Below are positions 1 through 7,212 of a DNA stretch of 27,804 bases, one piece after another. The position numbers and the translations under genes were made by a program. The stretch's first letter is position 1; each line of letters starts with the position of its first letter. The stretch comes from Candidatus Thalassarchaeaceae archaeon (lineage in GTDB: Archaea; Thermoplasmatota; Poseidoniia; Poseidoniales; Thalassarchaeaceae). Location of the stretch: positions 1 through 27,804 of the forward strand of contig JASLKH010000023.1 in assembly GCA_030747675.1 (NCBI GenBank). Reading direction: 5' to 3'. The notes under the pieces are model-generated. The model was given only the letters and a program-made list of their open reading frames with translations. It searched no databases and was not told the DNA's origin.

Positions 1-2
1 TT

Positions 3-143
3 GAACAACAATCTGCACAAAAAAGTCACGATAATGCAACACCTTCACCACAAGTTAATGCTCCAAATTCAGCGTGTCAATCTTGTGGGAATCAAGTCCA
101 AATCGGATGGATGGCTTGCCCGCATTGTGGAAATAACCTCTGA
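3..143 (+). CDS. 3' end of a zinc-ribbon domain protein (5' truncated by window edge)
   Basis: Frame 3, not in the ORF track, reads EQQSAQKSHDNATPSPQVNAPNSA-CQSC-GNQVQIGWMA-CPHC-GNNL* with TGA at 141-143. This is a CxxC-x10-CPxC zinc ribbon after a low-complexity linker. Confidence 0.8.
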   Translation, partial: EQQSAQKSHDNATPSPQVNAPNSACQSCGNQVQIGWMACPHCGNNL

Positions 144-154
144 AGTTGATTCGA

Positions 155-709
155 ATGGCCCTTACTGTCATCGACGCAAATGATTCAAATGCAGGAGAAG
201 CTCGAATCGTAGTTGGTGTGATTGGAACTATAGTTTCATTCTTTTCTATTGCATTTGCTGCAGATCTGACTTTGGCTTGTTGTTTTTGGTTTTTAATATC
301 AATAATCATTACAGTTTCTGGCTTTGACGCAAAGAAAAAAGCAGCAAATATGCAACAAGTTGTATATATCCCAGAACCAAAACAAGTGCAACAAGTCATC
401 CACCACCTCTACCCTCAACCACCCGTTGTACAACCTCGCCTCGCACCCGTACATATTTCAAAAACCAGCACACACAATTCACCAGCGACATCTCAGGAAG
501 ATTGGGCAATGGATGCTCGAAATTTGGAAATGGCCAGAGATTGGGAAAAGGCAGCACAAGCTTACCAAAAGGCAGGTCTGTATGCTGAAGCCGGAAGAAT
601 CCGGAAAAAACACATGGAGAAGGATGATTCTGGAGTCAATATTCAGATTCAAGGTGGCGATACTATTCACGACAGTGTCGTCATGCGAGATGATTCCTCA
701 CAACTCTAA
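155..709 (+). CDS. Hypothetical membrane protein (2 TM helices, Q/P-rich linker, short helical-repeat-like C-terminal domain), ~184 aa
   Basis: ATG at 155, 11 nt after the upstream stop. Two hydrophobic stretches (IVVGVIGTIVSFFSIAFA; LACCFWFLISIIITVSGF), then a QQVVYIPEPKQVQQ linker and EDWAMDARNLEMARDWEKAAQAYQKAGLYAEAGRIR. Confidence 0.7.
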   Translation: MALTVIDANDSNAGEARIVVGVIGTIVSFFSIAFAADLTLACCFWFLISIIITVSGFDAKKKAANMQQVVYIPEPKQVQQVIHHLYPQPPVVQPRLAPVHISKTSTHNSPATSQEDWAMDARNLEMARDWEKAAQAYQKAGLYAEAGRIRKKHMEKDDSGVNIQIQGGDTIHDSVVMRDDSSQL

Positions 710-1114
710 TTAATCATCAATCCTCAATAAATCAAGAGGGATTGCGATTGGTGGCATATGATCGCTAAATCGATGGCGACTTGTTTTTGGAGGAAATACA
801 CAGTTTGAAAGCGCCATGTCAATCACCTCCTGTTTGGTCAAATATTCAAGCTGACTTGCGGGCCAAATATCCAATTCGATTCCATCATCGGACAAGTAAT
901 CGACTTTGATGACTGGTAATCGAGACAGCCCGATTCGCATACCGACATGGTATCTGTGATGACCATCAAGGATAGTCCCCGTATCTCGGTCAACCAGTAG
1001 CGGTTTGGTATATGCACTCCAACGTAATGTCATTTCATGTAATACATCGACATTCTTTGGTTTAACTTCCTCATGTGGTTTGAGCCAAGTAATTGAAACC
1101 AACTCGACGTCCAT
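710..1114 (-). CDS. ParB/sulfiredoxin-fold protein, compact SerK-like (putative small-molecule kinase/NTPase), ~134 aa
   Basis: Motifs LKPHEE, KPLLVD, ILDGHHR, and TKQEVIDMA..VFPPKTSRH match my recollection of the ParB/Srx serine kinase SerK family. ATG at 1114 preferred; GTG at 1135 is an alternative. Confidence 0.7.
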   Translation of the reverse strand: MDVELVSITWLKPHEEVKPKNVDVLHEMTLRWSAYTKPLLVDRDTGTILDGHHRYHVGMRIGLSRLPVIKVDYLSDDGIELDIWPASQLEYLTKQEVIDMALSNCVFPPKTSRHRFSDHMPPIAIPLDLLRIDD

Positions 1115-1164
1115 GGAAGTCGCAAGTAATCGCACTTCTAATCTCTTTGCAAAGCGATAGCATC

Positions 1165-2526
1165 ATGACTCTTCCACCACGCCGAAGGCGTGGTATGACC
1201 TCAAAGGTTTGGTTGGAGGGGGCACTAGCCGACGTCCCAGGAGAACCATTTGGTGATAGCCTAATCAAATGGAAAATGGGGCTTCCTGAGGCACTTCGCG
1301 AGGTGGTTAACAGAATTGCCACTGCAGGTGGGGGAATCTGGCTTGTTGGGGGCTCTGTCCGAGAGGCGATCCTTGGCCGGAAACAAAATGATTACGATTT
1401 AGCAACAACTCTTCATCCAGATACCCTACTAAACGAAATCTTTCCCAATTCCTTACCTACTGGTGTGCAATTCGGCACAGTGACCGTGCGAATTGAAGGT
1501 TACAAAGAAATGTTTGAAGTGACCACTCTTCGAACAGAAAGTGAATATGGAGATGGTCGGAGACCAGATATTGTTGACTTCGGTACTTCACTAGAAATTG
1601 ACCTTTCACGTAGGGATTTCACTATGAATGCTATCGCTGTAGATCTAAGTCGTGAATTAATTCATGACCCATTCAATGGAATGAGTGACCTTGTAACTCA
1701 GAATCTGAAGGCAGTGGGTACTGCCAAACAGAGACTCGGTGAAGATGGACTACGAATATTGAGGGGATATCGATTTATGGACCAAGGTGAATTGGGTATT
1801 TGGGAACCCGATATTGAATTAGAAAATGCACTTCGAAAGCAGCATAAAATGCTAGAGAAGGTTGCTAATGAACGAATTTGGGTTGAATTTTCCAAAATTC
1901 TTCGAGGAGTAAATGCTGCATTCGTTTTGGAACGAATGAGGAGTGATGGAATCCTTAGCCAAATATTACCTGGATGGGATGCAGATACCGCATTACAGCA
2001 TATCCTAGAAATATCTAGCGAAGATGTTGCGATATGCCGACTCGTGCTTCTAGCCGTAGAGGTCCCTCACACTCGTTGGCGAATTCTCGAACATGATTTG
2101 AGGACACTGACGCTTTCTAACCAAAACCGCAAGAGATTCATGAATATTCATCGATTAATTGGACACTTACCCAATCCAAATGATGAGGCAGAATTACGAC
2201 GATACCGCATGGGTTCCGGTGAATACTTGGACTCACATCTGGCGATTGAAGCAACTCTCCAACCAGATATGTGTGAATTGATAAAAACTGCTTTGGCCAA
2301 ACTTCCTGCCTTGCGTGCTGGAGATAAGCCACTCCTAAACGGTCACGCAATTGCGGCGGCAACCGGTTTACCAATGGGACGAAGATTAGGTAAACTGAAA
2401 GAGTGGCTTTTCAGAATGCAAATTGAATCCAATCTTGCTGACACAACCAGTGTGTTAACTCTACTCGATGTGATAGATTGGGCGGGCGGTGATCCTGAAC
2501 TATGGCCTGGCCCTGAATGGCCATAG
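1165..2526 (+). CDS. cca: Class II tRNA nucleotidyltransferase (CCA-adding enzyme / poly(A) polymerase family), ~453 aa
   Basis: WLVGGSVRE..LG...DYDLAT (motif A, DxD), EVTTLRTESEY.DGRRP loop, DLSRRDFTMNAIA (motif B), EDGLRILR (EDxxR template motif), ERIWVEFSKIL. ATG at 1165 avoids overlap with the divergent gene. Confidence 0.88.
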   Translation: MTLPPRRRRGMTSKVWLEGALADVPGEPFGDSLIKWKMGLPEALREVVNRIATAGGGIWLVGGSVREAILGRKQNDYDLATTLHPDTLLNEIFPNSLPTGVQFGTVTVRIEGYKEMFEVTTLRTESEYGDGRRPDIVDFGTSLEIDLSRRDFTMNAIAVDLSRELIHDPFNGMSDLVTQNLKAVGTAKQRLGEDGLRILRGYRFMDQGELGIWEPDIELENALRKQHKMLEKVANERIWVEFSKILRGVNAAFVLERMRSDGILSQILPGWDADTALQHILEISSEDVAICRLVLLAVEVPHTRWRILEHDLRTLTLSNQNRKRFMNIHRLIGHLPNPNDEAELRRYRMGSGEYLDSHLAIEATLQPDMCELIKTALAKLPALRAGDKPLLNGHAIAAATGLPMGRRLGKLKEWLFRMQIESNLADTTSVLTLLDVIDWAGGDPELWPGPEWP

Positions 2527-2528
2527 TA

Positions 2529-2936
2529 TCAATCTTGTAATGACTCGATGTATTCATCCGCAGTCAACAATTGGTCTTCATCGAAATCATGGGGCTTGAT
2601 TAAAAGAATCCAACCTTCTGAATATGTGTCATCCCAAACCAAATCCGGCTGAGCCTCTAGTTCATTGTTGACTTCAACAACTTTCCCTGCACAGGGACTG
2701 TGGAAAGTCTCACTTTGATCCATTGAACGGAGTGAAAGCAAAACGTCATGTTCAGAAAATTCATCATCGACTTCTGCTGGAACAACTCTAATGATTTCAC
2801 CTAACTCTTTCACCAAACAATCTGATACGCCTATTTTCCAGGTTCCTTCTTCTTTGTCAACAATTTGCATCCAGAGATGGGTACGTGTGTACTTCCTGTC
2901 TCCCAATACGCTAAATTCGAGATAATCATCTGCCAT
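2529..2936 (-). CDS. Glycine cleavage H-protein-like (GcvH fold) lacking the lipoyl lysine, ~135 aa
   Basis: YTRTHLW, IGVSD..VKELGEI, SP.AGKVVEVN.EL...PDLV..D.Y.EGWI..IK and LLTADEY match GcvH. The E-S-V-K lipoylation motif reads R-S-M-D. Confidence 0.8.
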   Translation of the reverse strand: MADDYLEFSVLGDRKYTRTHLWMQIVDKEEGTWKIGVSDCLVKELGEIIRVVPAEVDDEFSEHDVLLSLRSMDQSETFHSPCAGKVVEVNNELEAQPDLVWDDTYSEGWILLIKPHDFDEDQLLTADEYIESLQD

Positions 2937-3006
2937 TATCGTCCCTCGTTGCCGCGGCGGCAGCAAAGCATTATTTCAACAAATCGCTCTTGAATTCCTC
3001 TAATTA

Positions 3007-3021
3007 ATCACTTAAAGTGAT
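3007..3021. promoter_or_regulatory. Perfect palindrome ATCACTT-A-AAGTGAT in a divergent promoter region (candidate transcription-factor operator)
   Basis: 7-bp perfect inverted repeat with a 1-nt spacer, seen directly between the gcvH-like and acyl-CoA dehydrogenase starts. Function is inferred. Confidence 0.4.
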
Positions 3022-3076
3022 GAGTTTTGACATTGTATTATCAATGGGTGCCCAGTGTCGAGGGTTGAGTGGTTAG

Positions 3077-4255
3077 ATGAACTTCCAAGATTCTGAAGAA
3101 CAAAGCATGATTCGTGAGATGGTTAGAGACTTTGCTGAAGAGGTATTAGCGCCAACATGCTTGGAGCGAGATAAAAAACAGCAACCCCCCTTACAAGAAT
3201 GGGCACAGTTCATTGAATATGGATTGCAGTCATGCACCATCCCCGAAGAATTTGGAGGGGTTCCACTAGATGATATCACTGAGGCAATTATTGTTGAAGA
3301 GTTAGCTCGTGTAGACCCCTCATTTGCAGTATTTTTCTGTGTCCACGTGGGACTTTGTGCGAAAACAATTGTGTTACATGGAAACGATGAGCAAAAAGAA
3401 AAGTATCTGCCGATGCTTGCTACAGACAAAGTTGGTGCCTATTCACTTTCCGAAGCAGGAGCCGGTACTGACGCTGCCGCAATGTCTTGTAAGGCCAAAC
3501 TTTCTGATGATGGGACCCATTACTTACTAACTGGGGAAAAAATGTGGGTTACTAATGGTGTTAGTGCGGACATTTACGTGCTATTTGCAAAAGATGTTGG
3601 ACACCCAGATTATGGTGTAAAGAAACATGGAGGCACAACTGCATTCATCGTTGAAAAAACGTTTGAAGGTTTTACCGTTGGTAAGAAAGAAGACAAACTA
3701 GGGATCCGAAGCAGCGACACATGCACATTAGTTCTTGAGAATTGTAAAGTTCCGGTTGGAAATGTACTCAAAGAATCAGGTAGAGGTTTCCCTATTGCAA
3801 TGAATGCGTTAGATAATTCTCGGATTGGAATTGCTGCACAGGCGTTGGGAATCGCACAAGGGGCATATGAAGCGGCTCTCAAATACGCGCATGAGCGTGA
3901 AGCTTTCGGAGTTGCTATTGCTCGCCATCAAATGATCACTACCTATCTTGCAGATATGGCAACTCAGGTTGAAGCTGCTCGCTTGATGACTTACAAAGCA
4001 GCATGGACCAAAGAACAGCACTACAAGCATGGGGGGCATCGCCATTCAAAAGAAGCAAGTATGGCGAAATTATTTGCTGGAGACACTGCAATGTGGGTTG
4101 CAGAAAGGGCCGTACAAGTTCTAGGCGGATATGGGTACACTACAGATTTCCCCGTTGAGAGGTTCTTCCGTGATGCCAAGATTACTCAAATTTACGAAGG
4201 GACACAAGAAGTACAACGATTAGTAATCGGTCGAGCAATTGGTCAAGAACTCTGA
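3077..4255 (+). CDS. acd: Acyl-CoA dehydrogenase (short/branched-chain type), 392 aa
   Basis: AYSLSEAGAGTD, LTGEKMWVTNG, KKEDKLGIRSSDT, LD.SRIGIAAQALGIAQGA, QVLGGYGY and RDAKITQIYEGTQEVQR (catalytic Glu in YEG). Confidence 0.95.
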   Translation: MNFQDSEEQSMIREMVRDFAEEVLAPTCLERDKKQQPPLQEWAQFIEYGLQSCTIPEEFGGVPLDDITEAIIVEELARVDPSFAVFFCVHVGLCAKTIVLHGNDEQKEKYLPMLATDKVGAYSLSEAGAGTDAAAMSCKAKLSDDGTHYLLTGEKMWVTNGVSADIYVLFAKDVGHPDYGVKKHGGTTAFIVEKTFEGFTVGKKEDKLGIRSSDTCTLVLENCKVPVGNVLKESGRGFPIAMNALDNSRIGIAAQALGIAQGAYEAALKYAHEREAFGVAIARHQMITTYLADMATQVEAARLMTYKAAWTKEQHYKHGGHRHSKEASMAKLFAGDTAMWVAERAVQVLGGYGYTTDFPVERFFRDAKITQIYEGTQEVQRLVIGRAIGQEL

Positions 4256-4975
4256 TTAAATGGGAATTAAATTACCATCAAACTTTGTCCCTGGATTGTA
4301 TTTCACCGGACTTTTACCTTGGTAAAAGACCGTCGCATCTGCCCCAATGAGTAATCCTTCGGTGCCATTCCATTTGAGAAATGACCCCTCCCATAAACCA
4401 AGTACAGGTAGTGTATTCTGCTCATGGTATTCAGATAAACGCTGGGCGCGTGTTTCTCCAAAATGCTCGTAGAATTCATCACCATCTTTCATCCAAATTT
4501 GTCCATCGTGATAATGCGGATTAATTTGAAATGGTATTATTCCAAAAGTTTCGAATGAAGACGGTGCAACGATTGGCATGTCATTGGTTGTTTGCATTGA
4601 AGGTGATGCGACATTTGAACCCGCACTAACCCCCATATACGGCATCCCATCTGAGACTCTTTGACGAATTGGTCCAATCAATCCATTTCGATGTAAGTCT
4701 CGCACCAACAGAAATGTGTTGCCACCTCCAACATAAAGGCCTTGAGCAGATTCAATTGCCTCAATTGGATTGGAGAATTCTTCAATCCCCCTGATTTCGA
4801 CACCACAAGATGCAGAAAACTCTCTTATTCTTGAGGTGTAATCTGAATGATTTGAACTGGCATAAGGGATGAACAAAATCTCATTTATCCCAGCAAAATG
4901 TTCTGCCATTAGTTCATGGTAAAGTCGGCGGCGATCTGCTGATCTCAAACCTCCACTCCCAAGTAGTAATTTCAT
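4256..4975 (-). CDS. pepE: Alpha-aspartyl dipeptidase (peptidase E, family S51), ~239 aa
   Basis: LFIPYA, YVGGGNTFLL, YMGVSAGS (nucleophile Ser), FQINPHY (His), GETRAQRLSEY (Glu). GGTGA lies 5 nt before the ATG at 4975. Confidence 0.92.
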   Translation of the reverse strand: MKLLLGSGGLRSADRRRLYHELMAEHFAGINEILFIPYASSNHSDYTSRIREFSASCGVEIRGIEEFSNPIEAIESAQGLYVGGGNTFLLVRDLHRNGLIGPIRQRVSDGMPYMGVSAGSNVASPSMQTTNDMPIVAPSSFETFGIIPFQINPHYHDGQIWMKDGDEFYEHFGETRAQRLSEYHEQNTLPVLGLWEGSFLKWNGTEGLLIGADATVFYQGKSPVKYNPGTKFDGNLIPI

Positions 4976-4976
4976 C

Positions 4977-5960
4977 TTAGTCACCACGAAGCACAGATTG
5001 GTCATTGCACAAACTCATCGCAATTTGAGATATAATTACTTCATTTGATTCTTGAAGTGATGTTACTGCCGCAAGAACTTCTTCAGAAACAATTCGGCCA
5101 TGTAAATCCTCAATTACACGTGTTTTGGCCAGAGAATCTGAAGAGTTTAAGATTGTAAGTCGAAGGGAATCCACTGCAGGTTCTTGACGTGAACGTAACA
5201 ACCTTGGAAGAAGTAGGTTGTCTTCACTTGATTGAATCGAGGCTACAACATCTGGCCAATTAAACCATTCAGTACTTTTGAGACGCTTGGCCAATACATT
5301 GCGCATCTCGGCATCAGGTGACTTGCATAATTTTGCAATTGTAGATGTGTCATTAGAATCTATCAAAGATGGTAGACATAAATTTGCTGCTGCAGCACTA
5401 ATTTCAGCACCATCGGGAATTACATTGAGGGATTCTACGCTCATGGATAACATCTCCATCCTCTTTATTGTCGCTTCTCTAACTCGAATGTGTGAATCAT
5501 TGAGGGTCTTTTCAAATAATTTCAAATCGCCAGAACGCTCTACAGCCATTCGCCTAATCGCATAATCATCCTCGTCGATAGCTGCTGGAATTGATCCAAT
5601 ATCGATTTGGAGGCGACTCCTCCACGAGGCCCGGCAAACTGTAATGTCATCATCATGACAAAGAGTTTCCAATATGGCAAGAGAGGACACTCCTAACCGT
5701 GGTGCAACTTCGGCTGCAAGGAGGCGCATTGTTACATCATTATGAACAGTCAATGTTACAACAAAGTTCTTGTCGTCAGCAGAAATCCAGCGACGAAATG
5801 CTTCAATTGCTTTTTCACGAAACCATGAATCTGAATCGTCTAGAAGGGGAATAAAACCCACTAGAGCTTTCGCATCATCGATATCGAAAAGGCGACGTAC
5901 CGCTCGTCGTCTTTGGCGCACATCCTTGTGCTTCAATCGGTCTAACTCGATTCGTAGCAT
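4977..5960 (-). CDS. HEAT-repeat protein, ~327 aa
   Basis: Repeated L.D.D..VR..A units (LKHKDVRQRRRAV, LLDDSDSWFREKAI, LNDSHIRVREATI, CKSPDAEMRNVLA). ATG at 5960 follows a GGGGG run. Confidence 0.8.
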   Translation of the reverse strand: MLRIELDRLKHKDVRQRRRAVRRLFDIDDAKALVGFIPLLDDSDSWFREKAIEAFRRWISADDKNFVVTLTVHNDVTMRLLAAEVAPRLGVSSLAILETLCHDDDITVCRASWRSRLQIDIGSIPAAIDEDDYAIRRMAVERSGDLKLFEKTLNDSHIRVREATIKRMEMLSMSVESLNVIPDGAEISAAAANLCLPSLIDSNDTSTIAKLCKSPDAEMRNVLAKRLKSTEWFNWPDVVASIQSSEDNLLLPRLLRSRQEPAVDSLRLTILNSSDSLAKTRVIEDLHGRIVSEEVLAAVTSLQESNEVIISQIAMSLCNDQSVLRGD

Positions 5961-6001
5961 TGTGCCCCCATGCTCTGGGTATCCACGGCCCCGTATAGCG
6001 T

Positions 6002-7042
6002 TCACGGGACAAGGTCGCTGTGGCGACCGTAACCACCGAACCGTTCTTCATCCTCATCACTTTCAAGTTCACCAGGATGGATTAATTGAACGTCAAGAAG
6101 TGCAACTAGAATTGGCCAGACTTCAACCAACCAACTCATTTCAGCCATCATTAAATCAAGTGCAGGATGCATGTCTCCATCCAAATTATCAGAATCTAGT
6201 ACCCATGGTGGTTCATCTTCAAAATAAGCACCATCTAGAACAAGTGGAGGTATATCACTAGGTAAATCATCTAATGATTTTGCAAGATTCGATAATTTAG
6301 ACCGCGTATCTTGGTCAAACAAATTCATTTCATCTCCAAGAACTACACATTCACGGAGCAGTTCTGCGATTCCAGCAGTATCCAAAGGCTCTGGTTCTGT
6401 ATCACTAATATCAACAGGGCCAAATAATACACCACCCAAATCAGTGTCAAACCAATTATCTGATTGCCGTTCTCTTTTGACCAATCTCTGCGCAACTTGG
6501 CCACCGATTGGGGCTACTGCAAATCCTCCATCTGCCATCCGCCTTTCAAGCCATGATGGCAAAGAAGGTAATGCACCAGTAACCAATACTCGATCTAAAG
6601 GTTCAGGTAAGTGAGGGGGGCAACGATTTGTAGCCTGCATCTTGCGAACTCTGACTGAATGTGTAGTTGCAACAGATGCAATACGTTCCCTTACATAATC
6701 AACAACTTCACGTGAAGGGTCTACGACCACAACCTCTCCTTCTGGCCCAACAATATGGGCAATGAGGGCAGCAATATAACCACCTTTAGCACCGAGAATT
6801 AACACCTTTTGCCCTTGAGATAATTCAAGGTGGTGCAGCATTGTAACTATCATGTGTGGGGCAGAAATTGTTTTGATACCGCCCCTAATTGTTTCCAAAA
6901 AAACCAATGGTCTATCGTGCCAAAAAGGTTCAGAATCATAATCTGTGAAATCTGAAATATCAACTGAATGCATAGCTGCAGAAACATCTCCAGTAATTGG
7001 TATACCTGCCGATTCTAGGTTTTCTAACAGTCTCCCAATCAC
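6002..7042 (-). CDS. pcm: Protein-L-isoaspartate O-methyltransferase-like protein with acidic C-terminal extension, 346 aa
   Basis: TISAPHMIVTMLHHLEL..GQKVL.LG..GGYIAALIAHIVGPEG.VV.VD, LDRVLVTGA, GGFAVAPIG. GTG start follows a GGGAGGGG purine run. Confidence 0.8.
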   Translation of the reverse strand: MIGRLLENLESAGIPITGDVSAAMHSVDISDFTDYDSEPFWHDRPLVFLETIRGGIKTISAPHMIVTMLHHLELSQGQKVLILGAKGGYIAALIAHIVGPEGEVVVVDPSREVVDYVRERIASVATTHSVRVRKMQATNRCPPHLPEPLDRVLVTGALPSLPSWLERRMADGGFAVAPIGGQVAQRLVKRERQSDNWFDTDLGGVLFGPVDISDTEPEPLDTAGIAELLRECVVLGDEMNLFDQDTRSKLSNLAKSLDDLPSDIPPLVLDGAYFEDEPPWVLDSDNLDGDMHPALDLMMAEMSWLVEVWPILVALLDVQLIHPGELESDEDEERFGGYGRHSDLVP

Positions 7043-7139
7043 TCGTTCTCCCCTCCCACGCCAAGTTATTTTCAGCCCTCACACAAAAGGCTGCGTAAGG
7101 GTTTACCTCATATCCTTAATGCCCCCCCACGTATTCATC

Positions 7140-7212
7140 GGGCTCGTGGTCTAGCGGTTATGACGTCGCCCTTACAAGGCGAATATCACCAGTTCAAATC
7201 TGGTCGGGCCCA
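7140..7212 (+). tRNA. tRNA-Val(TAC): tRNA-Val (anticodon TAC), intronless, CCA not encoded
   Basis: Acceptor stem GGGCTCG/CGGGCCC, D-arm GTCTAGCGGTTATGAC, anticodon arm TCGCC-CTTACAA-GGCGA, T-arm ACCAG-TTCAAAT-CTGGT, discriminator A7212 followed by CTA rather than CCA. Confidence 0.97.

Noticed and set aside
1-183. ORF-track 60-aa ORF in frame 1
   Set aside because: Frame 3 over the same bases encodes a clear CxxC..CPxC zinc ribbon ending at 143; frame 1 has no recognisable features.
1093-1164. Longer N-terminus of the CCA enzyme, and GTG 1135 start of the ParB-like gene
   Set aside because: These starts would make the divergent genes overlap head-to-head; ATG 1165 and ATG 1114 leave a 50-nt promoter gap.
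2948-2964. Small GC hairpin GTTGCCG-CGG-CGGCAGC upstream of the gcvH-like start
   Set aside because: Short, with a 3-nt loop, and it pairs better on the strand opposite to gcvH; could be chance.
3595-4050. Two His/Gly-rich insertions in the acyl-CoA dehydrogenase (HPDYGVKKHGG; HYKHGGHRHS), both containing KHGG
   Set aside because: Probably surface-loop insertions; no evidence of function, and a 4-aa recurrence is weak.
5770-6261. 163-aa plus-strand ORF
   Set aside because: Antisense shadow of the HEAT and pcm genes; no motifs.
7140-7212. tRNA as an integration site for a genomic island
   Set aside because: No integrase, no duplicated tRNA 3' end seen, and housekeeping genes lie on both sides.
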